DNA of 64,000 bases from Leptolyngbyaceae cyanobacterium (GTDB lineage Bacteria; Cyanobacteriota; Cyanobacteriia; Phormidesmidales; Phormidesmidaceae), in the NCBI GenBank assembly GCA_965263355.1, contig CBDHHL010000056.1, forward strand, positions 2,208,001 through 2,272,000, written 5' to 3'. Below, piece by piece: positions 63,638 to 64,000 of this stretch. A program made the position numbers and the translations under genes. The notes beneath the pieces are model-generated. The model was not told the origin of the DNA. It ran no database searches and saw only the letters and a list, made by a program, of their open reading frames with translations. Numbering within the stretch: the stretch's first letter is position 1; the number at the start of each line of letters is the position of its first letter.

Positions 63638-64000
63638 TGGGGTTGCTTGGCTACAACACAGCCTGCTGCTGCTGCAAAACTGATACCAGCCACTAATAAC
63701 GAGGTACTCAAACCCAAGTTAGCGCCCATGCTACCCAATACACTCATCGCCACAGCACCACCGCTGAAGTAAAGGCCAGTGCCTAACCCCGCTTTGGCCG
63801 GTGGCACCATGGATAGGGCGTAGGGTAACGTGCCATTGGCCACCAGACTAAAAGCAATGCCGATTGCGATCGCAACCAAAACCGCCACTCCAGGCGACCC
63901 TAGTATACTCGTCATCGCTGCCGCTACTATCAGTCCGCCAAACCCAGACAACATCGCCGTTCGATTGCCCAACCTAGTCCCTAACTGACCACAGGGCAAC
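63634..64000 (-). CDS. MFS transporter, C-terminal part (start lies outside the window)
   Basis: Consecutive TM helices; GTRLGNR and LPYALSMVPP.KAGLGTGLYF. Confidence 0.8.
   Translation of the reverse strand, partial: LPCGQLGTRLGNRTAMLSGFGGLIVAAAMTSILGSPGVAVLVAIAIGIAFSLVANGTLPYALSMVPPAKAGLGTGLYFSGGAVAMSVLGSMGANLGLSTSLLVAGISFAAAAGCVVAKQPQ

Noticed and set aside
1..64000. Frequent GCGATCGC octamers
   Set aside because: This is HIP1, a well-known cyanobacterial genome feature; used only as taxonomic evidence.

Overview
Chromosomal window from a cyanobacterium: psbA, psbI, kaiABC, a phycobiliprotein lyase and many HIP1 octamers GCGATCGC. A filamentous Leptolyngbya-like lineage is only an inference. 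Positions 1 to ~44.4 kb are core genome: aat, psbI, hemE, rimP-nusA-ylxR-infB, psbA (D1, Glu130 form), cofG, pilT, rpsB-tsf, recG, tRNA-Arg(CCG), kaiABC, a c6-like cytochrome with NAD kinase, the rpmH-rnpA-yidC-jag-yceD-ycf46 cluster and pntAB. A probable PsrR1 sRNA, an S2 leader and an unlisted 59-codon ORF also lie here. From ~44.5 kb the region is accessory and decaying. It holds two toxin-antitoxin pairs with dead toxins, IS3 and IS5 scraps, and three loci collapsed by internal deletion (VKOR-thioredoxin, ECF sigma/anti-sigma, S-formylglutathione hydrolase). Intact genes there include a hybrid kinase with a TtrS-like binding protein, a PEP-CTERM spondin protein, a TRAP binding protein, an RRM protein and a secreted EndoU-like nuclease. 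The best novelty candidates are (i) a secreted protein of eight TK-ending peptide units, conserved at protein level, behind a perfect CRP box and divergent from the nuclease, and (ii) an EF-Ts with a 63-bp repeat/poly-Lys tail cut off by a 16-bp footprint-like insertion. No CRISPR array, prophage or intact transposase was seen. All family assignments come from motif recognition by eye, not database searches.
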